DNA of 64,000 nucleotides from Nitrospiraceae bacterium (GTDB lineage: Bacteria > Nitrospirota > Nitrospiria > Nitrospirales > Nitrospiraceae). A model generated the notes under the pieces. That model worked only from the letters and a program-made list of their open reading frames with translations. It did no database searches and was not told the origin of the DNA. A program made the translations under genes and the position numbers. Shown here one piece after another: positions 31,534 through 39,509 of the stretch. The stretch lies in contig JBFWWG010000010.1 of NCBI GenBank assembly GCA_050246315.1, positions 64,001 through 128,000 on the forward strand. The letters are read 5' to 3'. Positions within the stretch are counted from its first letter, which is position 1. Each line of letters begins with the position of its first letter.

Positions 31534-31791
31534 GCGGTCCTGTGCTCCCGAATGTTTGCGCGAGACCGACAGAACGATCGCCCAATGGTCGGCCGTGGGG
31601 AGACGGCGGAGTGGCTCCGTCTGAGACTGCTCGGCAACATTCACGGCGCAGACGATCTCGCGGAAGCGCGCCGCGTGTCTTGAAGTCCCGCTTCTCTGAC
31701 GGGCGGCATCACGAACGAAGGGGTGTCGGCCGACTCCGGTCTCAGCAACGTCGTCGTGCAGGAGCGCGCATCATGCCTGCCGTAAACGCCC

Positions 31792-33792
31792 TCATGGATA
31801 GTATCTCCAATCCAGGATGATCCGCAGACCGACCGACCAGATTGGATGGAGATCCGGCTCGGGTGCGCCCGCGGGCAGGACGACACTCGCGGAATAGGGA
31901 ACAGTCACCCCGGTGAAAAGCTGCATCAGTAACGTCGCGCTCTGGTTGGTGGAGAACGACCGGAAGGGGCGATATTCCAGGACCGGCATATCGAAATACA
32001 AGGACCTATAGGAGACCACTCGAGACACGCCGTCCGGGGTCGCGCTCGGCGTGAGCAGGCGATCCGCTCCGTCAATGCCAAAGAGGGTCACACCGAGCTC
32101 CCGGCCGAGCACGAACTGAAAGCGTCCGATCGGGGTCGCCCATCCGGACTGCCAAGGGATAAGACCCCCATTACCCGCAATCACAGCCATTTGCTTATAC
32201 CGGTCCGGCGCGAAGAGGTATAACGGCGAAAGCAAGAGGAGGTCTCCTGGGACGAGGAAGAAGGGCATCCGTACGCGCGTGGAAATCCCAGCATGCGAGG
32301 GAATCGCCGCGCCCAAGCTGCCGCCTTGCTGCGCGAGAGCGCTCTCGGAGTACTGATTGGTTGACGACGTATCGGCGCGCAATCCGACCGCAAGGAAGAT
32401 CAGGCCATCACCCGATTCGTCGAGCACGCCCTCCAACCCCATGCCGACTCGGATGGAAAGATCGAGTCCTCCCATGAACCCGCTGCCTTCTGAGCCGGTG
32501 AATCCGCTGCTGATACTTCGGCCATCAACCATACCTGCAAGCCCCACGAAGCGTCCGAGTTCGCTCCGGAACCGTGGCATCGCACCGAACCCTGGCCCCA
32601 GGCCCGGCATGGGAGTCCACCTCAGAACTTCAAGAACCAATTGAGAGGCCTGGGGTGGCGGTCGCAACCCTTCCGGCTGTTCTTCCAGAGTGTTGTGGTG
32701 ACACACATCGAACGCTTCGGCCTCGATCGGCGCAGCCGGTGTGTACAGCATGGCGGTAGGACCGGAGGAGCCGGCGGCTGCATCAAGCACCTGCTCAAGG
32801 CTGGTGCGTATCGCGACAGCCGCACGCTCGGCATCCTCCGGACGCATGTGGGCGTCTCCCATCACCACCACCGACTTCCGATCGGCCAGCCAGAGAAAGA
32901 CCTCGAGGCCGGCCCCGTTGTAAAGATCGTGAGTGCCCTGACGCTGAGCGGAATTGCCCCAGGCACCCGCAATATGCCCGGCGGCGAAAATATCCTCCAA
33001 GAAATGTAGCGCGAAGGCTTCATCGAACAGCATGGAACGCGCGAGCGCCTGCCGTTCCTCTTGTGCCAGTTTCTCCTTCGCAAGGCGGGTCGCCTTCTGC
33101 AGAGCCCTCAGGTGATACCATTCCCACACTCCCATCGCGTTGATCTCTGACCCAGCGCGCAATGTCAGCTCCCCATACTCCTTCGGGGAAATATCAGTCC
33201 GCGGACGAGCCAGCATAAAGTGCGCATTGTTAGACCCCGCCCTGGTGGCATAGTCACGATCAGCACGTTGCAGCCCCACATCGGCGGCACGCAGCGAGTT
33301 GATGCGGGCGGCCCGCGCGGTCTCGCTCTCCATCCGAAGGCGTAATTCAGCGATCGGGTCCTGATCGCTGGAGACCTGGCTCGCCGGCGGAAGGATCTCG
33401 ATTTGTGAGAGATCGACCTTCAGTTGTGCCGCAACGGCGGCAACCGCAAAGATCCAGTTTGAGTTGAGCACAATATCGGTCAGTTCCCGACTCGAACAGG
33501 AATGATCTCCGGCAATCGCTGCCAGGGCGGCCCAGTCGATGCAGGCTGGCTTCAGACCTTGCTCGACATCCGCACCCTGCTCGCAGAGCCGGGATTCGTG
33601 CGTCCTCCGAGCCTCTCGCCATAAGCGGTCGAATATAGCTCTGCGCGGCGGATCGAGGTTCTGCACCGCCAGGAGCGAGATATCTCGGTGCTCCGGGTAG
33701 ACCCACCCGAAGGCTGGACCGGTCGCAAGGCAGTCAACCGCCCATGCGATGATCAATGCCGCGAAGGTCAGTGGTAGGCGTGTTGTGATCAT
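31792..33792 (-). CDS. Secreted protein: phospholipase C/P1-nuclease-like Zn domain plus beta-rich C-terminus
   Basis: Signal peptide ending AFG then WVYPEH; HF; HFLEDIFAAGH; HDLYN; alternating hydrophobic beta strands ending DWRYYP. Confidence 0.6.
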   Translation of the reverse strand: MITTRLPLTFAALIIAWAVDCLATGPAFGWVYPEHRDISLLAVQNLDPPRRAIFDRLWREARRTHESRLCEQGADVEQGLKPACIDWAALAAIAGDHSCSSRELTDIVLNSNWIFAVAAVAAQLKVDLSQIEILPPASQVSSDQDPIAELRLRMESETARAARINSLRAADVGLQRADRDYATRAGSNNAHFMLARPRTDISPKEYGELTLRAGSEINAMGVWEWYHLRALQKATRLAKEKLAQEERQALARSMLFDEAFALHFLEDIFAAGHIAGAWGNSAQRQGTHDLYNGAGLEVFLWLADRKSVVVMGDAHMRPEDAERAAVAIRTSLEQVLDAAAGSSGPTAMLYTPAAPIEAEAFDVCHHNTLEEQPEGLRPPPQASQLVLEVLRWTPMPGLGPGFGAMPRFRSELGRFVGLAGMVDGRSISSGFTGSEGSGFMGGLDLSIRVGMGLEGVLDESGDGLIFLAVGLRADTSSTNQYSESALAQQGGSLGAAIPSHAGISTRVRMPFFLVPGDLLLLSPLYLFAPDRYKQMAVIAGNGGLIPWQSGWATPIGRFQFVLGRELGVTLFGIDGADRLLTPSATPDGVSRVVSYRSLYFDMPVLEYRPFRSFSTNQSATLLMQLFTGVTVPYSASVVLPAGAPEPDLHPIWSVGLRIILDWRYYP

Positions 33793-33837
33793 ATCGTCTA
33801 CAACTCTCCAATGTGGCCGCTGTGGGGTGTGACACAC

Positions 33838-33926
33838 CAAGGGCGCCTGTCGTGTTCTGACTGCGCGCATCGATCGAGCGCTTTCTGAAGCGCAGGATCT
33901 GCGAGCACAAGAACACGGCAGGCCCC
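33838..33926. repeat. About 90-bp palindromic repeat, copy 1
   Basis: CAAGGGCGCCTGTCGTGTTCT...AGAACACGGCAGGC, near-identical to 34130-34222. Confidence 0.85.
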
Positions 33927-34129
33927 AACGTCCTCATCCCCAAGATCGATGCGCCGGATAAATAAGGAGGGCGTCTGCCGAACTCTCGATTGCGCGCGTC
34001 TAACGAGACAAGAGCCTCGCTTCGTTCTCAAGTCTCGCACGCGACAATCATGACGGGGCTGTGAGCTTCGAGCGCTCACAGCCCCGCCGTTGTCCTCACC
34101 CGATCGAGCCGCTGGCTGTCTCCATAAAA

Positions 34130-34222
34130 CAAGGGCGCCTGTTGTGTTCTCACTGCGCGCATCGATCGAGCGCTCTCTGAAGCGCGGGATCTGCGAGCAC
34201 GAGAACACGGCAGGCGCCCTTG
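34130..34222. repeat. About 90-bp palindromic repeat, copy 2
   Basis: Terminal inverted repeat CAAGGGCGCCTG / CAGGCGCCCTTG. Confidence 0.85.
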
Positions 34223-34239
34223 GTCCGATCCGCGATCGT

Positions 34240-34563
34240 TTATTTGCCGAATGCCTTCTTCAGCAGCGGCTCGATCTCGCCCTTCTTGGCCATCGGATCC
34301 AAAATATCCGTATCCCCATAGAACTGCCCGTCGATGAACACCTTAGGGAGCGTCGGCCAATTGGTCATCTTGTTCAGGGCCTCTCGCTTGGCGGGATTTT
34401 GCAGCACATCGACCACTTCATAGGGGTAGCCATACTTATCAAAGAACTGCATCGTCTCCCGCGTGAACCCGCACATGGGAAACTGCTTGGTGCCCTTCCC
34501 GTACACCAAGATTTTATGGGCTTTGATCTCGCGATCGATCTCGTCTTGAATGGGGTCTGGCAT
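34240..34563 (-). CDS. grxD: Monothiol glutaredoxin (Grx4/GrxD)
   Basis: KGT...PMCGFT, WPTLP; adjacent to bolA. Confidence 0.9.
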   Translation of the reverse strand: MPDPIQDEIDREIKAHKILVYGKGTKQFPMCGFTRETMQFFDKYGYPYEVVDVLQNPAKREALNKMTNWPTLPKVFIDGQFYGDTDILDPMAKKGEIEPLLKKAFGK

Positions 34564-34661
34564 CATCTATCCTCCTGGCTGCTAGTGGGCTGGTACAACC
34601 TCTCTTCGGAGTGCTTCGAAGCGCAGTAGCTCAACAGTGCGAAATGAGAGAAGGCGACCTC

Positions 34662-34890
34662 GCAGAGCGTTTAAAATGGCAGTCCAGCGAGGCCGCAGCA
34701 AGGGAAAAGGCGAGGAGGTACATACCCCACTTCGTGTGAACCAGCGGCTCATCGGGTGAAGCCCCTCCGTATTAACGCCGCTGGAGAAGCCCCTTCAGGG
34801 TTGAGCCTCTTCGCGTTTGACCCACCGCACCAAGAACGGGCCGCAATGGGTGCCCCAACAAAGCTGGCGGACATTTTCAACATCCTGCTA
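34662..34890. mobile_element. MITE-like repeat
   Basis: GTCCAGCGAGGCCGCAGCAAG...AACAAAGCTGGCGG..TTTTCAACAT.CTGCTA, same family as 42613-42743. Confidence 0.7.
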
Positions 34891-35127
34891 AACCTCATCC
34901 GGTGTAGTGGCGCTCAATTCCAGTGCATGGATACGGCCGTCCTTGAGCGGCGCATCCAGCGCCTGATAGATCATCCGGTGCCGATCCAACAAATTCTTCC
35001 CAGAAAAATGCCGGGAGACGATGCGCACGATCAGGTGGTCCATCGTACCGGTCTTATCCGTGACCGTCACGGTCGCGTCCGGCATCGTCTTCCTCACGTA
35101 CTCGGTCAGGGTCTGTGTCGTAATCAT
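34888..35127 (-). CDS. bolA: BolA/IbaG family protein
   Basis: DH, FSGKNLLDRHRMIY, IHAL. Confidence 0.9.
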   Translation of the reverse strand: MITTQTLTEYVRKTMPDATVTVTDKTGTMDHLIVRIVSRHFSGKNLLDRHRMIYQALDAPLKDGRIHALELSATTPDEV

Positions 35128-35271
35128 CTGGTTCCTTCAACGTTCCCACAGAGTTGCAGCACTGACCTTACCGTAACCAGTCCCTGAATCTCAACGCCTC
35201 CACCGAGATGCTCCATCGGCGTTCCGGCCGTCTGATGTTTATCCCATCGGTTTATCCATTCGTCCCAGCAC

Positions 35272-35289
35272 TGTATCGAAGTCGATACA
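35272..35289. promoter_or_regulatory. Palindromic operator / upstream activator site
   Basis: TGTATC-gaagtc-GATACA, about 120 bp upstream of a sigma54 motif. Confidence 0.55.
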
Positions 35290-35407
35290 CTCTAGAATCC
35301 TTCGAATCCCTCCCGCCTTGAATCATAGGATGCATCGATCTTATATGTCATTGAGACATCAATCGTTCCGGCGAAATGGAACCATTGTTCTGCTGGCAGC
35401 GCACCTC

Positions 35408-35422
35408 TGGCATGCAGCTTGC
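35408..35422 (+). promoter_or_regulatory. sigma54 (-24/-12) promoter
   Basis: TGGCATGCAGCTTGC with exact GG-N10-GC spacing. Confidence 0.7.
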
Positions 35423-35503
35423 GCCTCCGACGCCACTATTGGGAGATCGTATCGAAAAGGGGCGATTATGTTGCTGTTGACACTAATCACCCGAAAGGAT
35501 ACG

Positions 35504-36394
35504 ATGATTCAATATCCGGCAGTTAATGATCTGTACTCTCTGTCCGAGCACTTAGGCAAGGCTATTTGGCTTAACAATTGGCGGCAAGGCTTCATGGCTG
35601 CATTCACGGCATACTTTGATGCGAGCGGGCACCAGGAAGACCCTCAAATGCCGTTAGTTTCTGTAGCCGGTTTTATTGCTCCACCGGATGTCTGGAACGA
35701 CTTTGAAGTTAAGTGGAAGGACCGCTTAGCCAAAGATGGCTTAACAGTCTTTCACATGTCTGAATGCGCCAATTGTGAATACGACTTCCAACAGTGGCGA
35801 GCGAGAGAACCCGACCGCCAGAGACTACTTCGAGACCTGCTTGAAATAATTAAGCCGCTAAGTAGAAAGTTCGGCTGCACGGTCCCACTCAAGACATACA
35901 GAGAAAGGCTGGATCTAGAACTGGTAGAGCAATTCAAATTTAAGGCCTACGTTTTGGCCGGTAGAGCCTGTGCCGCCAAAGTCCGTCAATGGTGCGAGCG
36001 TGATGGGGCACCACCACTCTCTCGCATTCAATTTTTCTTTGAACGTGGCGATAACTGGCAGCCAGAACTAAGGGAGAGATTAATGGATGATGGTTTCGGA
36101 GAACCAATATTCAAGCCGAAACGTGACCTATACAGGAACGGAACCCTAGTAGAGCATGGGCTTATCCCGTTTCAAGCCGCAGATGTTCTCGCCTACATCA
36201 CATTTCTGGCACAGAAGTTTTTAATCCAAGGCAGAGATGATTGGGGCGATAAGGAAAGCATTCGATGGGTCTTGGAAGAACTCGAAGAACATAGTGTGCC
36301 TGGATCATTGAACAATTTCACGCCACAAAATCTAGATGGGATTAACTCACTGATGCGTGTGTGCAGTATTGATTTATTGGGTTGGAACGGCTAA
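35504..36394 (+). CDS. DUF3800-like (RNase H-fold) passenger protein
   Basis: AYFDASG, FHM, QAADVLAY; start either 35504 or 35594. Confidence 0.8.
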   Translation: MIQYPAVNDLYSLSEHLGKAIWLNNWRQGFMAAFTAYFDASGHQEDPQMPLVSVAGFIAPPDVWNDFEVKWKDRLAKDGLTVFHMSECANCEYDFQQWRAREPDRQRLLRDLLEIIKPLSRKFGCTVPLKTYRERLDLELVEQFKFKAYVLAGRACAAKVRQWCERDGAPPLSRIQFFFERGDNWQPELRERLMDDGFGEPIFKPKRDLYRNGTLVEHGLIPFQAADVLAYITFLAQKFLIQGRDDWGDKESIRWVLEELEEHSVPGSLNNFTPQNLDGINSLMRVCSIDLLGWNG

Positions 36395-36414
36395 GGCTTC
36401 GAGGATAAAGCTTT

Positions 36415-36549
36415 TTATTTTTTCCTGGCAGGTTGTTGCGAGGGAGCTAGAACACGCTTCACGGCCTTTTTGAATTTCTCAATGTCGGCGTGTTCTAGCT
36501 CTTTTCTGAGTTTGTCGTCGGCGTCTTTTGTAGCGCGGGTGATAGCCAC
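36415..36549 (-). CDS. 44-aa basic ORF downstream of the transposase
   Basis: GTG start, MAITRATKDADDKLRKELEHADIEKFKKAVKRVLAPSQQPARKK*; below the ORF-track cutoff. Confidence 0.55.
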   Translation of the reverse strand: MAITRATKDADDKLRKELEHADIEKFKKAVKRVLAPSQQPARKK

Positions 36550-36581
36550 CCAAGTATTTTAGCGATTCTACCCGAACGTGT

Positions 36582-37484
36582 CTACTTGCCGCTCGTCGTT
36601 AAAAGTTCCATGAAGGCATTCGGGTTCTTACGCATGTTGTGGCGATAGGAAAATTCATTGATATATAAAGGCAAATAATCTTTGGATACATGATGGAACG
36701 ACCCCATAATCCCACGCTTAAACAGGGACCAAAAGCTATCGAGATTGGCAGTATGGACACGCCCTCTGACGTATTCCCCTTTAAAATGGGACACCGATTC
36801 ATGTGGAATCCCTTGCCTCTTCAATCCACGATATCCGGAATAGTCGTCGGTCGCCACCAACGATACGTCCTCCGCTACAGTTTCACGGACAAAGCGTTGG
36901 AGGGTCGCTGCATCAGTCCGTTCAATGGCCTGAGCCACGACCATGCCTTTTCGGGCAATGGCGCCAATGACCGCCACCTTCCCCCATCCCCCAGATACTC
37001 CAAATCTCTTCGACCGATGCCGATTTTTGTCTTTGCCGCCGACATAGGTTTCATCCACTTCGACTTCCCCAGACAATGGCGAGACATCGCCCTTCATGGC
37101 CGAACGCCAACGATGGCACATATACCAAGTGGTGCGGTAATCGGAGCCAGAGTCTTCACCGAAGATAACGCGATGCAACTGCAAGGCGCTAACGCCCTTT
37201 TTCGCAGTGAGCATGAGATAGCCCACCTTAAACCATAGCTTTAAGGGGGTCTTAGTATCTTGAAAAATGGTGCGAGTCAGTATGGAGAAGCGATACCCGC
37301 TCTTCCCGCCACAGTCTATGTTCTTGCAGACCCAATGAAATGACTTTGATTTCAGTCGATAGATTTTCTCAAGTCTCTGACAGCGTGGACAGGTGACGCC
37401 ATTAGGCCATCTTGCTTCGACCAGAAAGGCTTTGCAGGCTTCTTCAGTGGTGAATTGCTTGTCAAAGGCGTCGAGTGTTTGCAT
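36582..37484 (-). CDS. IS1595 family (ISXO2-like) transposase
   Basis: Zn ribbon CPRC...CKNIDC, EVDETYVGG, TDD, HTANLDSFW, YINEFSYRHN. Confidence 0.95.
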   Translation of the reverse strand: MQTLDAFDKQFTTEEACKAFLVEARWPNGVTCPRCQRLEKIYRLKSKSFHWVCKNIDCGGKSGYRFSILTRTIFQDTKTPLKLWFKVGYLMLTAKKGVSALQLHRVIFGEDSGSDYRTTWYMCHRWRSAMKGDVSPLSGEVEVDETYVGGKDKNRHRSKRFGVSGGWGKVAVIGAIARKGMVVAQAIERTDAATLQRFVRETVAEDVSLVATDDYSGYRGLKRQGIPHESVSHFKGEYVRGRVHTANLDSFWSLFKRGIMGSFHHVSKDYLPLYINEFSYRHNMRKNPNAFMELLTTSGK

Positions 37485-37572
37485 GGTCTGTTCTCCTCTA
37501 CGAATAGGAGCAACATACCAAAATCAGTAGAAGGTGTCAATACCAACATAATCACCCGAAAAGGATACGCCG

Positions 37573-37656
37573 ATGATGCTCATGACCTACACAGTGCCGA
37601 TGACCGCCATGTTAATCGGACTCGCGACCTACTGGGTCGTCACCAAACTCTGGTAA
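37573..37656 (+). CDS. 27-aa hydrophobic small protein
   Basis: AAGGA RBS, MMLMTYTVPMTAMLIGLATYWVVTKLW*. Confidence 0.45.
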   Translation: MMLMTYTVPMTAMLIGLATYWVVTKLW

Positions 37657-37921
37657 CCGCGTCCATGATATGGGAGGCGACTCCACGCACACCAAGTTGG
37701 TGGTGGATCTCAACTCCTTTTGGTGGATTTCAACCATGCGACGAAACATGGGGGCCAGCGCGCTTTATAACTCCAATGGATTTCAAGCACGTCGCGCTGA
37801 ACTGGACTCGGCACTGATGTTGCTCAAGGAACTGGTCTTGAAGCCTCGGCGCAGACGAGCCGAAGACAACAACGCTCGAGGGCAGGATGCCATTGATGTC
37901 ACTCACACAAGGAGGGGAACC

Positions 37922-38347
37922 ATGTCAGATGCATTGTTCGGAGCGTCAACAGGAAATGGTCGCGTATTGATCGTCGACGATGAGCCGGACATCAGAAAGG
38001 TCGTCCGGATGACCTTGCAGAAAGCCGGCTACGACGTGCTCGAAGCCGAGAACGGCGAGAAGGCCATCGAGGTCATCAACACGGGCGAGAACCGTCTCAT
38101 GCTCGATGTCCTGGTCTGCGACATCCGCATGCCGAAGATCAACGGCGTGGAGGCCATCGCCTATTTCCGGAAGAACTATACCCGCGTCCCGATCATCGTC
38201 CTGACCGGGTTCCCGGACACCGAGATGGCCGCGACCTTCCTACGCGACGGCGGGATCGTGGACTACCTCGTGAAACCGGTAGAAGGCGAAAAACTCAAAG
38301 CCGCCGTGGCGCGTGCGATGGAGCAACGCGAAGTCGCTTCACTGTAA
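37922..38347 (+). CDS. Single-domain response regulator
   Basis: LIVDDE, CDIRMP, LTG, KP; AGGAGG RBS. Confidence 0.93.
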   Translation: MSDALFGASTGNGRVLIVDDEPDIRKVVRMTLQKAGYDVLEAENGEKAIEVINTGENRLMLDVLVCDIRMPKINGVEAIAYFRKNYTRVPIIVLTGFPDTEMAATFLRDGGIVDYLVKPVEGEKLKAAVARAMEQREVASL

Positions 38348-38459
38348 TGTGGGCACTCCCTCTTCGGATTCCCCTCCTGCGAGGAGCGTATGACGCTCCT
38401 CGCACGGGGCGGACCCCGTCCCGGACTTTTTGAACATCGGGCGGTCACAGGGGGTGTCT

Positions 38460-39503
38460 ATGGGTAGCCTGAACTACGAACAGATGAAGATCGCCATTCT
38501 CGGCGCAGGGAAGGGTGGATCGCGGCTGCTGGAGGTACTGAGCCAGCTTCCAGGGGTAGAGATCTGCGGCGTAGCGGACAAGAACCCGAGCGCACCGGGG
38601 CTGCGTCGGGCGCTCGATCTGAACATTCCCGTCAGCCAGCACATCACGGACTTCATCGGCAACCACGGTATCAACTTGATCATCGACGTGACAGGCGACC
38701 CGGCCCTGCCGCGGATCATCGCTCAACACAAATCACCGGAAGCGGAAACGCTGACGGGGGCCGCCTCCAAGCTGCTCTGGCACCTGATGCAGCACGAGTC
38801 GCAGCTCCAAGCCGAGGTGTCGCACACCGACAAGCTCGCGGCCATCGGCTCATTTGCCGCCGGCATCGCCCACGACATCAACAATCCGCTCTACCTCATC
38901 TTGGGGCTTGCGGAAGACCTGATGGAGCAAACCGACCCGACGATCATTCAGCACCATGCCCGGGACATCATCGACGCCGTCAAACGCACCAGCCGCATCT
39001 GTTCGGACCTCACGCGCTACGCGCGGCGGGCGGATGACCATGGTGTGGTCGGCGTGGACGTGCATGCCAAGCTCGACGACGCGGTCAAGATCGGCCGTTA
39101 CGCCCTGCTTTTCCAGGACATCGTCGTGCAGAAAGCCTACGGAGCCGTCCACGCCACCGTCCAGGGCAACCCCGACGACCTCCTGCACATGTTCGTCAAT
39201 CTCATCACCAACGCCATTCAGGCAATGGACGGTCGGGGCACCCTGACCCTCCAAACCAGCGAGCGCGACGCCTGGCTGGAAGTCAGAGTGACCGACACCG
39301 GCTGCGGCATCCCTCGCGACGTGCTGGAGCGGATTTTCGAGCCGTTCTATACGACCAAGGCGCCTGGGAAAGGAACCGGCCTTGGCTTGTACAATGTCAA
39401 GGCCATACTCATGAAGCTGGAAGGCACGATCGCGGTCGAAAGCGAAGTCGGAAAGGGCACGACCTTCCTACTCCGGCTGCCGATCGCCAAACCAGTCGGC
39501 TAG
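38460..39503 (+). CDS. Cytoplasmic histidine kinase with N-terminal Rossmann-like domain
   Basis: KIAILGAGKGG...VAD; AHDINNPL; GTGLGL. Confidence 0.9.
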   Translation: MGSLNYEQMKIAILGAGKGGSRLLEVLSQLPGVEICGVADKNPSAPGLRRALDLNIPVSQHITDFIGNHGINLIIDVTGDPALPRIIAQHKSPEAETLTGAASKLLWHLMQHESQLQAEVSHTDKLAAIGSFAAGIAHDINNPLYLILGLAEDLMEQTDPTIIQHHARDIIDAVKRTSRICSDLTRYARRADDHGVVGVDVHAKLDDAVKIGRYALLFQDIVVQKAYGAVHATVQGNPDDLLHMFVNLITNAIQAMDGRGTLTLQTSERDAWLEVRVTDTGCGIPRDVLERIFEPFYTTKAPGKGTGLGLYNVKAILMKLEGTIAVESEVGKGTTFLLRLPIAKPVG

Positions 39504-39509
39504 CGCCCC

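Larger units (their letters stand above)
35461..37556 (-). mobile_element. IS1595-family element with passenger gene
   Basis: 23-bp TIRs GG(C/T)GATTATGTTG(C/G)T(G/A)TTGACAC (20/23 identical), 8-bp TSD CGAAAAGG at 35453-35460 and 37557-37564, visibly lower GC. Confidence 0.93.

Noticed and set aside
33838..34222. CRISPR array
   Set aside because: Only two ~90-bp palindromes about 200 bp apart, members of a dispersed repeat family; no cas genes
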